A stretch of 64,000 nucleotides of DNA, from NCBI GenBank assembly GCA_035494855.1, contig DATJGR010000105.1, forward strand, positions 445 to 64,444, in the 5' to 3' direction. This DNA comes from Pseudomonadales bacterium (GTDB lineage Bacteria > Pseudomonadota > Gammaproteobacteria > Pseudomonadales > Azotimanducaceae). The position numbers were made by a program, and so were the translations under genes. Shown here piece after piece: positions 49,147 to 58,674 of this stretch. The notes under the pieces are model-generated. The model searched no databases, was not told the origin of the DNA, and saw only the letters and a program-made list of their open reading frames with translations. Each line of letters opens with the position of its first letter. Position 1 is the stretch's first letter.

Positions 49147-51513
49147 TCAGGTCGGCTGGCGGTGCAGCTGCCGCAGGTTGCCGATCACCGCTTCGAGCGC
49201 GCGATCGAACACCTGCGACTCGTCGAGAATCGTGGTCGACTTGCGCTTCAACTCGATCGCGAGTGCCATGCGCGAGCGTTCCGCAACCTTCATACCGCGG
49301 CGATTGACGAAGATGTACTTACTGCCCGGCTGAACGATTGCGGCCAGCTTGCAACGCATCTTCTGTCCGTCGTCGTGCGTCATTTCGACCCAGACGCCTT
49401 CGGTCAGCCGGTTGATCTCGCGTACCATCTCCGGTTCCGGCTCGACCGTTTCCACCGGCTCGACTTCGCCGGGACCGGTCAGCACGATCTCTTCCATTAC
49501 CGGCAATTCGGGCGCTTCGGCATGGGGACGATCATCCTCGAGGAATGCGCGATCCGAGTTCGAAATGTCCGTGAGGCGATCGCGGAGGGCGGTCAGCGTC
49601 GCTTCGATCTCGGGCCCACTGAGGCCGAGCACCTCCATCCCTTGTTCGACTCGATCTAACAATCGCGGTCGGGCGCGATCGCGCTCCTCGATATCGGCGA
49701 GCGCGTCGAGCGGTTGGACGCTCCACAGCAGGTCGTCGAACGTCTGCACGGCGTCGGCCCACTCACCGGCTTCGTCGCCGTGGCGCACGCAGAGATATAC
49801 GAGCACGCGACTCCATGTGTCACTGATGAAGTGACCGATCTCCGGAGGCAGCCTCAGTCCGCTGGCCTTCTGGTTCACCAGCCGCTCCACCGTCTGCTTC
49901 GCAGAAATGGTCTTGGCACGACCGGCTTCCACTTCCTTCACGCGCTGTTCCACGATCTGAACGCGGTGATGGTCCTGCTGCACAAAGTTGCGCAGTTCGG
50001 TGACCAGGGTGCCGAAGATTTCCGGGTCGTCGCTGAAGTTGTTCAAGACGCGCAACACGACCGACTCGATCTTGTTGTATAGCGCGTCGCGCTTGAGTTC
50101 GGCGCTGCCACTCCAGCCGATGCCTGCGCTCGACAGTTCGTTCAACAGCTGACGTGCCGGATGGCTTGTGCGGTTGAAGAATGTCTTGTCGAGAATCGCC
50201 ACCTTCAACATCGGAATCTGCAACCGACCAATCAGCGCCTTCATCGGAATGGCAAGGTTGCGGTCGTTGAGAATGTAGTCGAACAGCATGCCGACGAGAT
50301 TCACCGTGTCTTCGTCGGTGCGGCCCATTGAACCCGCTGGAGCGCCGGTCACGTCCGGCGCGCGGGCCAGCACCAACTGCCGCAAGTCGATCGCGACGGG
50401 GACGTGGTCGATGTCGATCGGTTCAGTGCTTGCGGCGCTTTGAACGACCGACAACACACTCATCAGTTCTGGTGTGGTGATGATCGGGCCGACGGGACCC
50501 GCATACTGGCCGCCGCCGATCGCACCCGAGCCCGAATAACCACCGGTCTGCCCACCACCGTGACCGGGTTGCGCCGCAAGCAGTTGCTGTAACACCGTGA
50601 AATCGCTGTCGCCTCCCGCGCCGCCAATCCCGGAGCCGTGGAGCGCGGACGTGGCGCCGCCGTGGCCGGTACTGCGTCCGCCATCACCGGCGTGACGACC
50701 CTGGCCGCCATGACCCGCCAGCTGCGCGCCATGAGTACCCGCGGCCGCGGGTGGTCTTGCCGATGGATGGGCGTGGGTGCTCGCATCACGTTTCATCACG
50801 TTACGCAGATCCGGCAAGACGCCTGCTTCCGCGAGCAGCCGGTTCGCGTCTTCGTAGGTCTGGCCGAGATGTTCCATGACGAATCGTTCGAACAGCTTCA
50901 GCAGAACGATGCGCACTCTGATGTCGATCTCGATGCAGCTCGTCGCTCCGACGAAAGCTGCGCCCAACTGATGCGGACCGAGCGGGTTCATGCGCTCAGT
51001 GACGGTCCGGTGGGTACACAGCGCATCGATGCGGCGGGTCAACTGCATGACCGGCAGAGAGAACTGGCTGGTGACCTTCGAAACGATGCCTGCAACCGCG
51101 ACGGCAATTTCGAGATCGTCGTCCTTTAGCAGCGACATGCTGTCGACCGCGGTTTCGAAGTCCGGGAACTCGTCCTCTTCAACTTGCGTCGGTTCGTACA
51201 GCGCTTCGAAGCTCGCATACATGCGCTGCCCGAACTCGGTGCTGATGCGCTTGCGCTGCACGCGGATTTCGCGCATCGAGTCGAAGTACATGTGCTGGTC
51301 GCCGTCGTTGCGCGACCGATCTGCCATCTCGAACAGCACATCGTCGGCGTTGTTGAACAGCGTCGTGAGGAGGCCGCTCAGCGCGCGGCGGGCGGTCTGG
51401 CGCACCGAATGGAGAATCGGCGGCAGCGTGTGGGTGCTGCGTCCGGCAGCATTGGCAGGTGCCTTCAACGGCACCACTTTTGAGGACTGCGTCACTGCCT
51501 GTGTCTCCCACAT
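49147..51513 (-). CDS. DUF1631-family protein (788 aa) with internal Gly/His-rich low-complexity insert
   Basis: LFNNADDVLFEMADRSRNDGDQHMYFDSMREIRVQRKRI and LFDYILNDRNLAIPMKALIGRLQIPMLKVAILDKTFFNRTSHPARQLLNEL match my memory of DUF1631 signature blocks. Confidence 0.8.
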   Translation of the reverse strand: MWETQAVTQSSKVVPLKAPANAAGRSTHTLPPILHSVRQTARRALSGLLTTLFNNADDVLFEMADRSRNDGDQHMYFDSMREIRVQRKRISTEFGQRMYASFEALYEPTQVEEDEFPDFETAVDSMSLLKDDDLEIAVAVAGIVSKVTSQFSLPVMQLTRRIDALCTHRTVTERMNPLGPHQLGAAFVGATSCIEIDIRVRIVLLKLFERFVMEHLGQTYEDANRLLAEAGVLPDLRNVMKRDASTHAHPSARPPAAAGTHGAQLAGHGGQGRHAGDGGRSTGHGGATSALHGSGIGGAGGDSDFTVLQQLLAAQPGHGGGQTGGYSGSGAIGGGQYAGPVGPIITTPELMSVLSVVQSAASTEPIDIDHVPVAIDLRQLVLARAPDVTGAPAGSMGRTDEDTVNLVGMLFDYILNDRNLAIPMKALIGRLQIPMLKVAILDKTFFNRTSHPARQLLNELSSAGIGWSGSAELKRDALYNKIESVVLRVLNNFSDDPEIFGTLVTELRNFVQQDHHRVQIVEQRVKEVEAGRAKTISAKQTVERLVNQKASGLRLPPEIGHFISDTWSRVLVYLCVRHGDEAGEWADAVQTFDDLLWSVQPLDALADIEERDRARPRLLDRVEQGMEVLGLSGPEIEATLTALRDRLTDISNSDRAFLEDDRPHAEAPELPVMEEIVLTGPGEVEPVETVEPEPEMVREINRLTEGVWVEMTHDDGQKMRCKLAAIVQPGSKYIFVNRRGMKVAERSRMALAIELKRKSTTILDESQVFDRALEAVIGNLRQLHRQPT

Positions 51514-51654
51514 CTATGCGTCCATTACAGCATCGAGTCGCTCGAAGGGGCGGGATGCGGGTGGGAGTCCGACGGAGACGCGGATCACAGAACCGGTCTG
51601 ACGCCGCTCCACCAATCACCGATCAATGCAGGAAAATTCCTGTGCCTTTGACGA

Positions 51655-52095
51655 TCAGCGCGCGCTCGCCTGAGCGTGGTGCTCGCGCCAATCCATGATG
51701 TCGGTCGCAGCGCCGGACTTCAGCTGTACACCGATGATCCAGCCGTCGCGGCCGTTTTCGTCGGGATCGTTCGCCGGGCGAGTCCACCGCACTTCGCCCG
51801 CGAGGAAGAACTTCCCCGGACGGCTGCGAATGTCGACCCACAGGTCGAGCAATGCGCCAGTCGGAATGACCGCATCCGTCCGGAACTGAATACCGCCGAC
51901 CGAGAGGTTGATCGCGGTGCAGGAGACGGTCGTGCCAACCAGGTCCGGGTCGGCCGCCGAGAGCACGACCTGTACGAACAGGCGATCGTCGCTCTCGATC
52001 CGGGCATGCATCCGCTTGTCGTCGCGGTTACGCGATGGGCGGTTGCGCAACCGGTCACGGGCGCTGTTCAGCTCAATCACGTTGGAATCTCTCAT
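51655..52095 (-). CDS. PilZ domain protein (canonical c-di-GMP binding motifs)
   Basis: RxxxR (KRMHAR) is followed by NLSVGG (D/NxSxxG), then ...GEVRW... The Shine-Dalgarno at ATG 52095 is weak, and an in-frame GTG five codons downstream is an alternative start. Confidence 0.8.
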   Translation of the reverse strand: MRDSNVIELNSARDRLRNRPSRNRDDKRMHARIESDDRLFVQVVLSAADPDLVGTTVSCTAINLSVGGIQFRTDAVIPTGALLDLWVDIRSRPGKFFLAGEVRWTRPANDPDENGRDGWIIGVQLKSGAATDIMDWREHHAQASAR

Positions 52096-52318
52096 GATGT
52101 CGGTTCAATTCTGATTGCACTGCTGAGCAGGGAGCGAGAATCGTGCCAGCTCGGGTAGAGCGGAGTTAACAGACAATAAATCAATGATATGGGACACTTA
52201 TATCGAAACAACTCAAATCCAGATTCAGCCATGTTCCTGGTCGATATTCGGTGGCAAGTGACGAAATTTAGCACCACCACCTATATACTCGCGCCGCTTC
52301 AATCGTGCCGCGGTCATC

Positions 52319-53143
52319 ATGCTCCGGGCTTCTTTCGTCGAGCAACTCAGAACCTCTGAGAAAACCAATTCGTCCCTCGTCTGCGTCGGTCTCGATCCGC
52401 TTCCGGACATGATGCCGTCGGGATTCGACAAGGCTGAAGGCGTTCTCGCATTCTGTCGGCGCATCGTAGACGCAACGGCCGACCTGGTCAGCGCCTTCAA
52501 ACCCCAAGCGGCGCATTTCGGCGCTTTGGGTGCGGAGCGCGAGCTGGCCGCGCTGATCGACTACATCCACTCGAGTCATCCCGCGGTGCCAGTCGTCCTC
52601 GATGCGAAACGTGGGGACGTCGGCGCCACCGCGGAGCGTTACGCGATTGAAGTGTTCGATCGCTATGGCGCCGACGCGGTCACTGTGAATCCTTACCTCG
52701 GACCGGAAAGCTTGCGGCCGTTTCTCAAACGGACCGACAGAGGGGTCTTCATTCTCTGCCGCACCAGTAATCCGGAGAACGCCTGGCTGCAGAACCACCC
52801 CGATGACGATCCGGCATTCCTGCGAGTCGCCCGTGCGGCCGCCGAGTGGAACGTAGACGGCAACGTGATGCTCGTGGTTGGGGCGACGTACCCAGGGGAA
52901 CTCCGGCTCGTCCGGGATGCAGTGGGGGAGATGTCGTTGCTCGTTCCCGGCGTCGGTGCTCAAGGCGGCGACGTCGAAGCCGCCGTCCTCGCCGGTATCA
53001 ATTCGAGCAAGTCGGGTCTGGTGGTCAACGCATCACGCAGCGTTCTCTATGCGTCGCGGGGCTCCGACTTCGAGGTAGCTGCACGCGCCGCTGTGATTTC
53101 GTTACGTAACGAGATCAATCGGGTGCGTGGTGTCGACTTGTAA
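52319..53143 (+). CDS. pyrF: Orotidine 5'-phosphate decarboxylase (type 2)
   Basis: LVCVGLDP ... VLDAKRGDVGATAERYA ... VVGATYP ... LVPGVGAQGG. Confidence 0.9.
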   Translation: MLRASFVEQLRTSEKTNSSLVCVGLDPLPDMMPSGFDKAEGVLAFCRRIVDATADLVSAFKPQAAHFGALGAERELAALIDYIHSSHPAVPVVLDAKRGDVGATAERYAIEVFDRYGADAVTVNPYLGPESLRPFLKRTDRGVFILCRTSNPENAWLQNHPDDDPAFLRVARAAAEWNVDGNVMLVVGATYPGELRLVRDAVGEMSLLVPGVGAQGGDVEAAVLAGINSSKSGLVVNASRSVLYASRGSDFEVAARAAVISLRNEINRVRGVDL

Positions 53144-53422
53144 TCACCTTCGCCGCGATCCGAAGATCGACATACACTTTCGTCGGCCGATCATCCTGCG
53201 CTACCGACAATTACAAAGGTCTCCAGCTGTATCAAAAACGCTGCGATACACTGCCGACATTCCGGGAGACTCGTTAGGGTCGAGTGACTGACCCATCCAA
53301 GGCCGAGTTGTGCGCAGGGAGTCGCAATCTCCAAGATTGGCTCCCGGATGAAGCGCGTGCCGCACTAACAAATATTCAGCGGCGCGCAGATTGCCGACGG
53401 TGGGGGACGAGGAGCACACGGG

Positions 53423-55255
53423 GTGACGCCAGACGCGGTTCTGCATCGATACCAGCAAGTGGTATCGGCACCTGTGGTCGACACCGCAGCGCTCCTTCGG
53501 CTTATCTCCACCGATGCGGACTTGTTGAATCGTTGGGTTACGAGTCTCGGAACCCGCGTCGAACCCGAAGCCATCAGTCGCGCAATGCATCACCTCGCGC
53601 CGGACTCGCTCGCCGCCATGGCGCGTGCCCAGGTATGGTCTGTGGTGCCATTGGGAAATGCGGCGCGCCTCGGCTTCGACCAGTGGCGCGGCGTGTTGCT
53701 CGCATCGTGCGTCGCCGAATCGCTCGTTCGCGAGGTGGGTTATCCGTACCCGGATGCCGCGCGTTTGCGAACGTTGCTGGCCAGTTCAGGCGTGCAGGTG
53801 TCGGGCGACGAACTGATGGCGGAACTGAGCGCGTTCCGCGGTGTTGCGCCGGAACTGCTCGTCGATGCGCACCCCTTGTTGCGCGCGTTTGCGGTCGCTG
53901 AATCGCTCGAACATCACAGCTCCGGTGCAGCCGCGCGCGATGCCGCGCTGCTGTTTGGTCTGGACGGTCCAGCATTCGACCGCATCCTCGACGCCAGCGA
54001 GCGCCGTTGCGCAGCTCTGATCGAAGGCGCCGGAGTTTCTGACGACGTCGACGACAGTTGGCTCGAAGCGCTCTGGGTACAGGCGCAGCTGGCGGCGTTC
54101 TCGAACGTGCTGGCACAACAGGTCGATGACAAGTCGCTTCATGAACTCGCCGCTATCGTGACGCGCGCTCTGTTCAGACACGTACCACGTTGCTTCTTCC
54201 GTACCGGAGACACTCTGGTGGCGGTCGGTGACGACGATCTCGCCGCATTGAAGATTCCGATGCAGTCAACCAGCAGCATCGCGCGCGTGTGGCGCGAGCA
54301 GCGCGCTGTGACAGTCGAAGAAGACGCTGGTGCAACCGTGGTCGATCGGCAGATTCTGCGTCGCCTGAGTACGGATCGGATGTACGTTGCGCCGCTCAGC
54401 GACGGTGACTCGCAAGTCGGAGTGCTGGCATTTCGATTGAGCGACGAAGATCCCGCGGAAGCGGTGCTCGCGATGAACGGCTATGCGATCGAACTCGGTC
54501 GTTGGCTCGGCGCGCTGCAGCGCGATGACGAACGGCGGCTCCGATTGCTGAGAGATTACCAGTCGAGCCACGAGAGACGTTTGCGAGAGATCGTCCACGA
54601 GGCCAATAACCCGCTCAGCATCATCCACAACTACCTGCACATTCTCGAGCTGCGTCTCAAGGACCATCCCGAAACGCACGAACAACTACGATTGATCGCA
54701 GGCGAGATCCGGCGAACGGCCGCGATCTTCAAACGTGTCGTCGAGTTCCCACCACTGTCGGTGACCAGTGCAGAGAAACCCGACGTCCGTGTTCAGCGGG
54801 TCGATCTCAACGACATTGCACGAAACGTCATTGAACTCAGTCGCGGCAGAGCGGAGTCGGCTCGCGTCGACGTCACGCTAACGCTCTTCGAGGGGGGCGT
54901 GCCCGTAGTGTCCGATCGCGACCGCATCATTCAGGTGATGACCAACCTCGTTCGCAACGCGATCGAAGCGATGAGCGAAGGTGGCGCACTGCACGTCGCC
55001 ACCTTCAGCGGTGTCTACCGGGCGGGCCGTGCCGGAGTCGAGTTCAGCATACGCGACGAAGGTCCGGGCCTACCGGCAATGGTTCTGGAGCGCCTCTATG
55101 AACCGAAGACATCCAGCAAAGGCGGGGACCATGCGGGGCTCGGTCTGCACATCACGGCGCGGCTCGTGACGGAACTCGAAGGCGCCATCGACGTGCGCAC
55201 TGCAGCCGGGCGCGGCACGGCGTTCTCGGTCTTCCTGCCGAACCTCGAGGTCTGA
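53423..55255 (+). CDS. Orphan sensor histidine kinase (HDOD-like N-terminus, GAF-like middle, HisKA/HATPase_c)
   Basis: GTG start after GAGGAG. The H-box is IVHEANNPLSIIHNYL, the N-box is NLVRNAIEAM and the G-boxes are RDEGPGL and GLGLHI. No TM helices are seen and no adjacent response regulator is present. Confidence 0.85.
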   Translation: MTPDAVLHRYQQVVSAPVVDTAALLRLISTDADLLNRWVTSLGTRVEPEAISRAMHHLAPDSLAAMARAQVWSVVPLGNAARLGFDQWRGVLLASCVAESLVREVGYPYPDAARLRTLLASSGVQVSGDELMAELSAFRGVAPELLVDAHPLLRAFAVAESLEHHSSGAAARDAALLFGLDGPAFDRILDASERRCAALIEGAGVSDDVDDSWLEALWVQAQLAAFSNVLAQQVDDKSLHELAAIVTRALFRHVPRCFFRTGDTLVAVGDDDLAALKIPMQSTSSIARVWREQRAVTVEEDAGATVVDRQILRRLSTDRMYVAPLSDGDSQVGVLAFRLSDEDPAEAVLAMNGYAIELGRWLGALQRDDERRLRLLRDYQSSHERRLREIVHEANNPLSIIHNYLHILELRLKDHPETHEQLRLIAGEIRRTAAIFKRVVEFPPLSVTSAEKPDVRVQRVDLNDIARNVIELSRGRAESARVDVTLTLFEGGVPVVSDRDRIIQVMTNLVRNAIEAMSEGGALHVATFSGVYRAGRAGVEFSIRDEGPGLPAMVLERLYEPKTSSKGGDHAGLGLHITARLVTELEGAIDVRTAAGRGTAFSVFLPNLEV

Positions 55256-55258
55256 CGG

Positions 55259-56419
55259 TCAACCGCCGGCATCGCGGATCATGTTCCGCGCTATTAGCGT
55301 CTGCTGGATCTGACTGGTGCCCTCGTAGATGCGGAACAACCGAACGTCGCGGTAGAAGCGCTCGATTCCGTATTCCTCCATATACCCAGCGCCGCCGAAG
55401 ATCTGAACCGCACGGTCGGCAACGCGACCGACCATTTCGCTGGTGAAGAGCTTGCAGCAGGAAGCGAGCGTGGTAACCGGCTCCCCCGTATCGCGGCGCT
55501 TTGCCGCGTCGAGCACCATGCAGCGCCCCGCGTACGCCTCGGTTCGACTGTCGGCAAGCATCGCCTGAATCAGCTGGAACTGCGCGATTGGATTGCCGAA
55601 CTGCTTTCGTTCGAGCGCGTAGTTCAAACTGTCGGCAATCAAGCGGTCCGCGCAGCCTACCGCCAGCGCGCTGATGTGCAGGCGCCCGCGGTCGAGCGTC
55701 TTCATCGCCGTGAGAAAACCCTTGTTCAGGTTTGCAGGTCCGCCTAGCAGAGCGGATTCCGGAACCCAACAATTCTCGAATATCACGTCGCAAACATGGG
55801 CGCCCTGCTGGCCCATTTTGCGGTTCTTCGGCCCCAGCGTGATTCCGTTGGCGCTCGCGTCTATGAGGAACGCCGACACACCTCTCGAGTCACGCGTGTT
55901 CGTATCGGTGCGTGCGAAGACGGTGAACAGCTGGGCCTGAGGCGCGTTCGTGATGAAGCGCTTGGTGCCGTCTATGACGTAACCGCCATCTCGCGCTCGC
56001 GCGACGGTTCTCAACGAACCCGCGTCTGAACCTGCCTCCGGTTCGGTCAGCGCGAACGAACCTATGATCTCGCCGCTCGCCATCTTCGGCAGGTAGTGTG
56101 ACTTCTGTGCTTCAGTTCCGTCCATGACGAGCCCTTGCGACCCGATGCCGTTGTTAGTGCCGATGACCGACCTGAACGCTGGTGAGGTGCGCCCCAGTTC
56201 CATCACTACCTGGCATTCTTCGGACGAGTTCAGTCCGAGCCCACCGAACTCTTCGGGAATCGTCATCCCGAACAGACCCAACGCGCGCATTTCGGCCACG
56301 ATCGTGTCGGGAATTCTGTCCTCGCGTGCGACCTGTGCTTCGAGCGGTACCAGGCGCTCACGGACGAATTTGCTCACCGTGTCGAGCAAGGCGTCGAGCG
56401 TCGTCTGGTCCAATGCCAT
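55259..56419 (-). CDS. Acyl-CoA dehydrogenase
   Basis: ALTEPEAGSD ... FITNA ... QIFGGAGYMEEYGIERFYRDVRLFRIYEGTSQIQ. Confidence 0.9.
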   Translation of the reverse strand: MALDQTTLDALLDTVSKFVRERLVPLEAQVAREDRIPDTIVAEMRALGLFGMTIPEEFGGLGLNSSEECQVVMELGRTSPAFRSVIGTNNGIGSQGLVMDGTEAQKSHYLPKMASGEIIGSFALTEPEAGSDAGSLRTVARARDGGYVIDGTKRFITNAPQAQLFTVFARTDTNTRDSRGVSAFLIDASANGITLGPKNRKMGQQGAHVCDVIFENCWVPESALLGGPANLNKGFLTAMKTLDRGRLHISALAVGCADRLIADSLNYALERKQFGNPIAQFQLIQAMLADSRTEAYAGRCMVLDAAKRRDTGEPVTTLASCCKLFTSEMVGRVADRAVQIFGGAGYMEEYGIERFYRDVRLFRIYEGTSQIQQTLIARNMIRDAGG

Positions 56420-56542
56420 CGGTGTCTCCCGTCGGGGCGGGCAGTCTAGTCAGAAGGGAAGGCACGAGCCAACGTTGCGGGACAGGAGGGTGTGCATTAG
56501 CCTTTCTGCCCGAAGTACGACCCGCCGAAACGAGGAAATCAC

Positions 56543-57730
56543 GTGAGTAAAGACCGCGCCGGATTTGTCTGGGACGATCCGCTACTGCTCGAAGAGCAAC
56601 TCTCCACTGACGAGCGCATGGTGCGCGACACCGCGAGAAACTACGCTCAAGACAAACTGATGCCGCGCGTTGTGAGCGCGAACCGTGAGGAACGCTTCGA
56701 TCGCGAAATCATGAACGAGCTCGGCGCGCTCGGCATGCTCGGCGCGACGCTGCCGGCGAAGTACGGCTGCTCCGAAGTCAACTACGTCAGTTACGGCTTG
56801 ATGGCGCGCGAAGTAGAGCGGGTCGATTCCGGGTACCGATCGGCGATGAGCGTCCAATCGTCGCTGGTGATGCATCCGATCCACGAATACGGTTCCGATG
56901 CGCAACGCGAGAAGTACCTGCCGAAGCTCGCGACCGGTGAGTGGGTCGGATGCTTCGGGCTAACGGAACCCGATCACGGCTCCGATCCCGGCAGCATGAT
57001 CACGCGCGCGCAGCGCGTAGGCGACGGCTATGTCCTGAACGGCGCGAAGATGTGGATAACGAACTCGCCGATCGCCGACCTCGCGGTGGTGTGGGCAAAG
57101 CTCGACGGCGTGATCAGGGGCTTCGTCGTGGAGCGCGGCGTTCGCGGATTCAGCACGCCCAAGATCGAAGGCAAGATGAGCTTACGCGCCTCGATCACGG
57201 GAGAGATCGTGCTCGACAACGTACACGTGCCGACAGATGCATTGTTGCCCAACGCAAAAGGGCTGGCCGGTCCGTTCGGATGCTTGAATCGTGCGCGCTA
57301 TGGCATCGCGTGGGGAGCGATGGGTGCGGCGGAGTTCTGTTGGCATGCGGCACGGACCTATACGCTCGAACGCAAGCAGTTCGGCCGTCCGCTCGCGGCC
57401 AACCAGCTGATCCAGAAGAAACTCGCCGATATGCAGACCGAAATCACTCTTGGTCTTCAAGCCTGTTTGCGTGCAGGGCGACTGCTGGACGAGGGGCGTT
57501 TGCCGATAGAGATCATCTCGCTGATCAAGCGCAACAATTGCGGCAAGGCGCTCGATGTCGCCCGTATGTCGCGCGACATGCATGGTGGCAACGGCATTTC
57601 GGACGAGTTTCACGTGATCCGCCACGTGATGAACCTCGAAACCGTGAACACCTACGAAGGCACGCACGACATCCATGCGCTGATTCTGGGTAGAGCGCAG
57701 ACCGGCCTGCAGGCATTCACCGGCGAGTGA
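56543..57730 (+). CDS. gcdH: Glutaryl-CoA dehydrogenase-type acyl-CoA dehydrogenase
   Basis: GTG start after [26 protein letters not shown] ... [12 protein letters not shown] ... [33 protein letters not shown]. Confidence 0.85.
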   Translation: MSKDRAGFVWDDPLLLEEQLSTDERMVRDTARNYAQDKLMPRVVSANREERFDREIMNELGALGMLGATLPAKYGCSEVNYVSYGLMAREVERVDSGYRSAMSVQSSLVMHPIHEYGSDAQREKYLPKLATGEWVGCFGLTEPDHGSDPGSMITRAQRVGDGYVLNGAKMWITNSPIADLAVVWAKLDGVIRGFVVERGVRGFSTPKIEGKMSLRASITGEIVLDNVHVPTDALLPNAKGLAGPFGCLNRARYGIAWGAMGAAEFCWHAARTYTLERKQFGRPLAANQLIQKKLADMQTEITLGLQACLRAGRLLDEGRLPIEIISLIKRNNCGKALDVARMSRDMHGGNGISDEFHVIRHVMNLETVNTYEGTHDIHALILGRAQTGLQAFTGE

Positions 57731-57880
57731 TGTCACGCTGATGTCGGTCCGCTGCCCCCGCGGTATCGCGGCGAATGGAACGAGCGATATCACGGCGATA
57801 TCGGAAAATGGACGTCTCGTGGAAGTCTGTGGGAACCCACGAGGCTGGCTTGTCGCGCGGAGGAGCCGGGCATAATTTGA

Positions 57881-57938
57881 CTCTCCCCCTGCTGATCAAG
57901 GAAGTAAAGCAGGGCCAACAACTCTACTTGGGGGAGAG
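57881..57938 (+). promoter_or_regulatory. Structured gacA leader: nested inverted repeats covering the Shine-Dalgarno
   Basis: CTCTCCCCC (57881-57889) is the exact complement of GGGGGAGAG (57930-57938, the SD region, 3 nt before the ATG). An inner stem CCCTGCT (57887-57893)/AGCAGGG (57908-57914) presents a 14-nt loop GATCAAGGAAGTAA. Confidence 0.4.
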
Positions 57939-57941
57939 CAA

Positions 57942-58643
57942 ATGATCCGAGTGTTGATCGTCGACGACCACCGTCTCGTGCGGATCGGTCTCACACGCAT
58001 GCTCGCCGATGCGAAAGGGATGGTGATCGTCGGTGAAGCTGACTCCGGGGAGCGCGCGCTGGGGCTGGTACGCGAAACGAAGCCAAACGTCATTCTCATG
58101 GACCTGCGCATGCCGGGCATTGGCGGATTGGAGGCCACACGGCGACTTCAACGGATCGACGCCGGCATCCGTGTGCTCATCGTCACCGCGTGCGACACCG
58201 ATCCGTATCCGGCGCAAGCAATGAAGGCGGGTGCCGCCGGCTACATCACGAAGGGCGCGAATGCGGCGGACCTGGAGCACGCGATCCGGCGGGTATTCCT
58301 CGGTCAACGGCACATGTCCGACGATGTCGCGCAGCAGGTGGCGCTGCGTTCGTTCGATACGGTGCCGGAGTGTCCGTTCGATCAGCTCTCCAATCGCGAA
58401 ATGCAGATCACCCTGATGGTAGTCGGTTGCCGGAAGGTGCAGCAGATCTCGCGCGATCTGCACCTCAGCCCGAAAACCGTGAACAGCTATCGATACCGCA
58501 TCTTCGAAAAGCTGAACGTGACGAGCGACGTCGAACTCGCGCTGCTTGCGGTGCGTCATGGCGTCATCGAGGGCAACCGGGCTTCGCCCGCACCGCAAGC
58601 ATGCGAACCCGTTGATGCGGAAGCGGAACGGATGCTCGCTTGA
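57942..58643 (+). CDS. gacA: GacA/UvrY-type response regulator (NarL/FixJ family)
   Basis: MIRVLIVDDHRLVRIGL...VILMDLRMPG... and the LuxR HTH LSNREMQITLMVVGCRKVQQISRDLHLSPKTVNSYRYRIFEKL. It lies directly upstream of uvrC. Confidence 0.9.
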   Translation: MIRVLIVDDHRLVRIGLTRMLADAKGMVIVGEADSGERALGLVRETKPNVILMDLRMPGIGGLEATRRLQRIDAGIRVLIVTACDTDPYPAQAMKAGAAGYITKGANAADLEHAIRRVFLGQRHMSDDVAQQVALRSFDTVPECPFDQLSNREMQITLMVVGCRKVQQISRDLHLSPKTVNSYRYRIFEKLNVTSDVELALLAVRHGVIEGNRASPAPQACEPVDAEAERMLA

Positions 58644-58674
58644 CGGTGAACTGATCGGTGTCTAGGGTCGCCGA

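Noticed and set aside
49120-49147. A bidirectional terminator between the convergent riboflavin synthase and DUF1631 genes (CCGGAagccttcTCCGG).
   Set aside because: The stem is only 5 bp with no flanking T/A runs, which is too weak to call.
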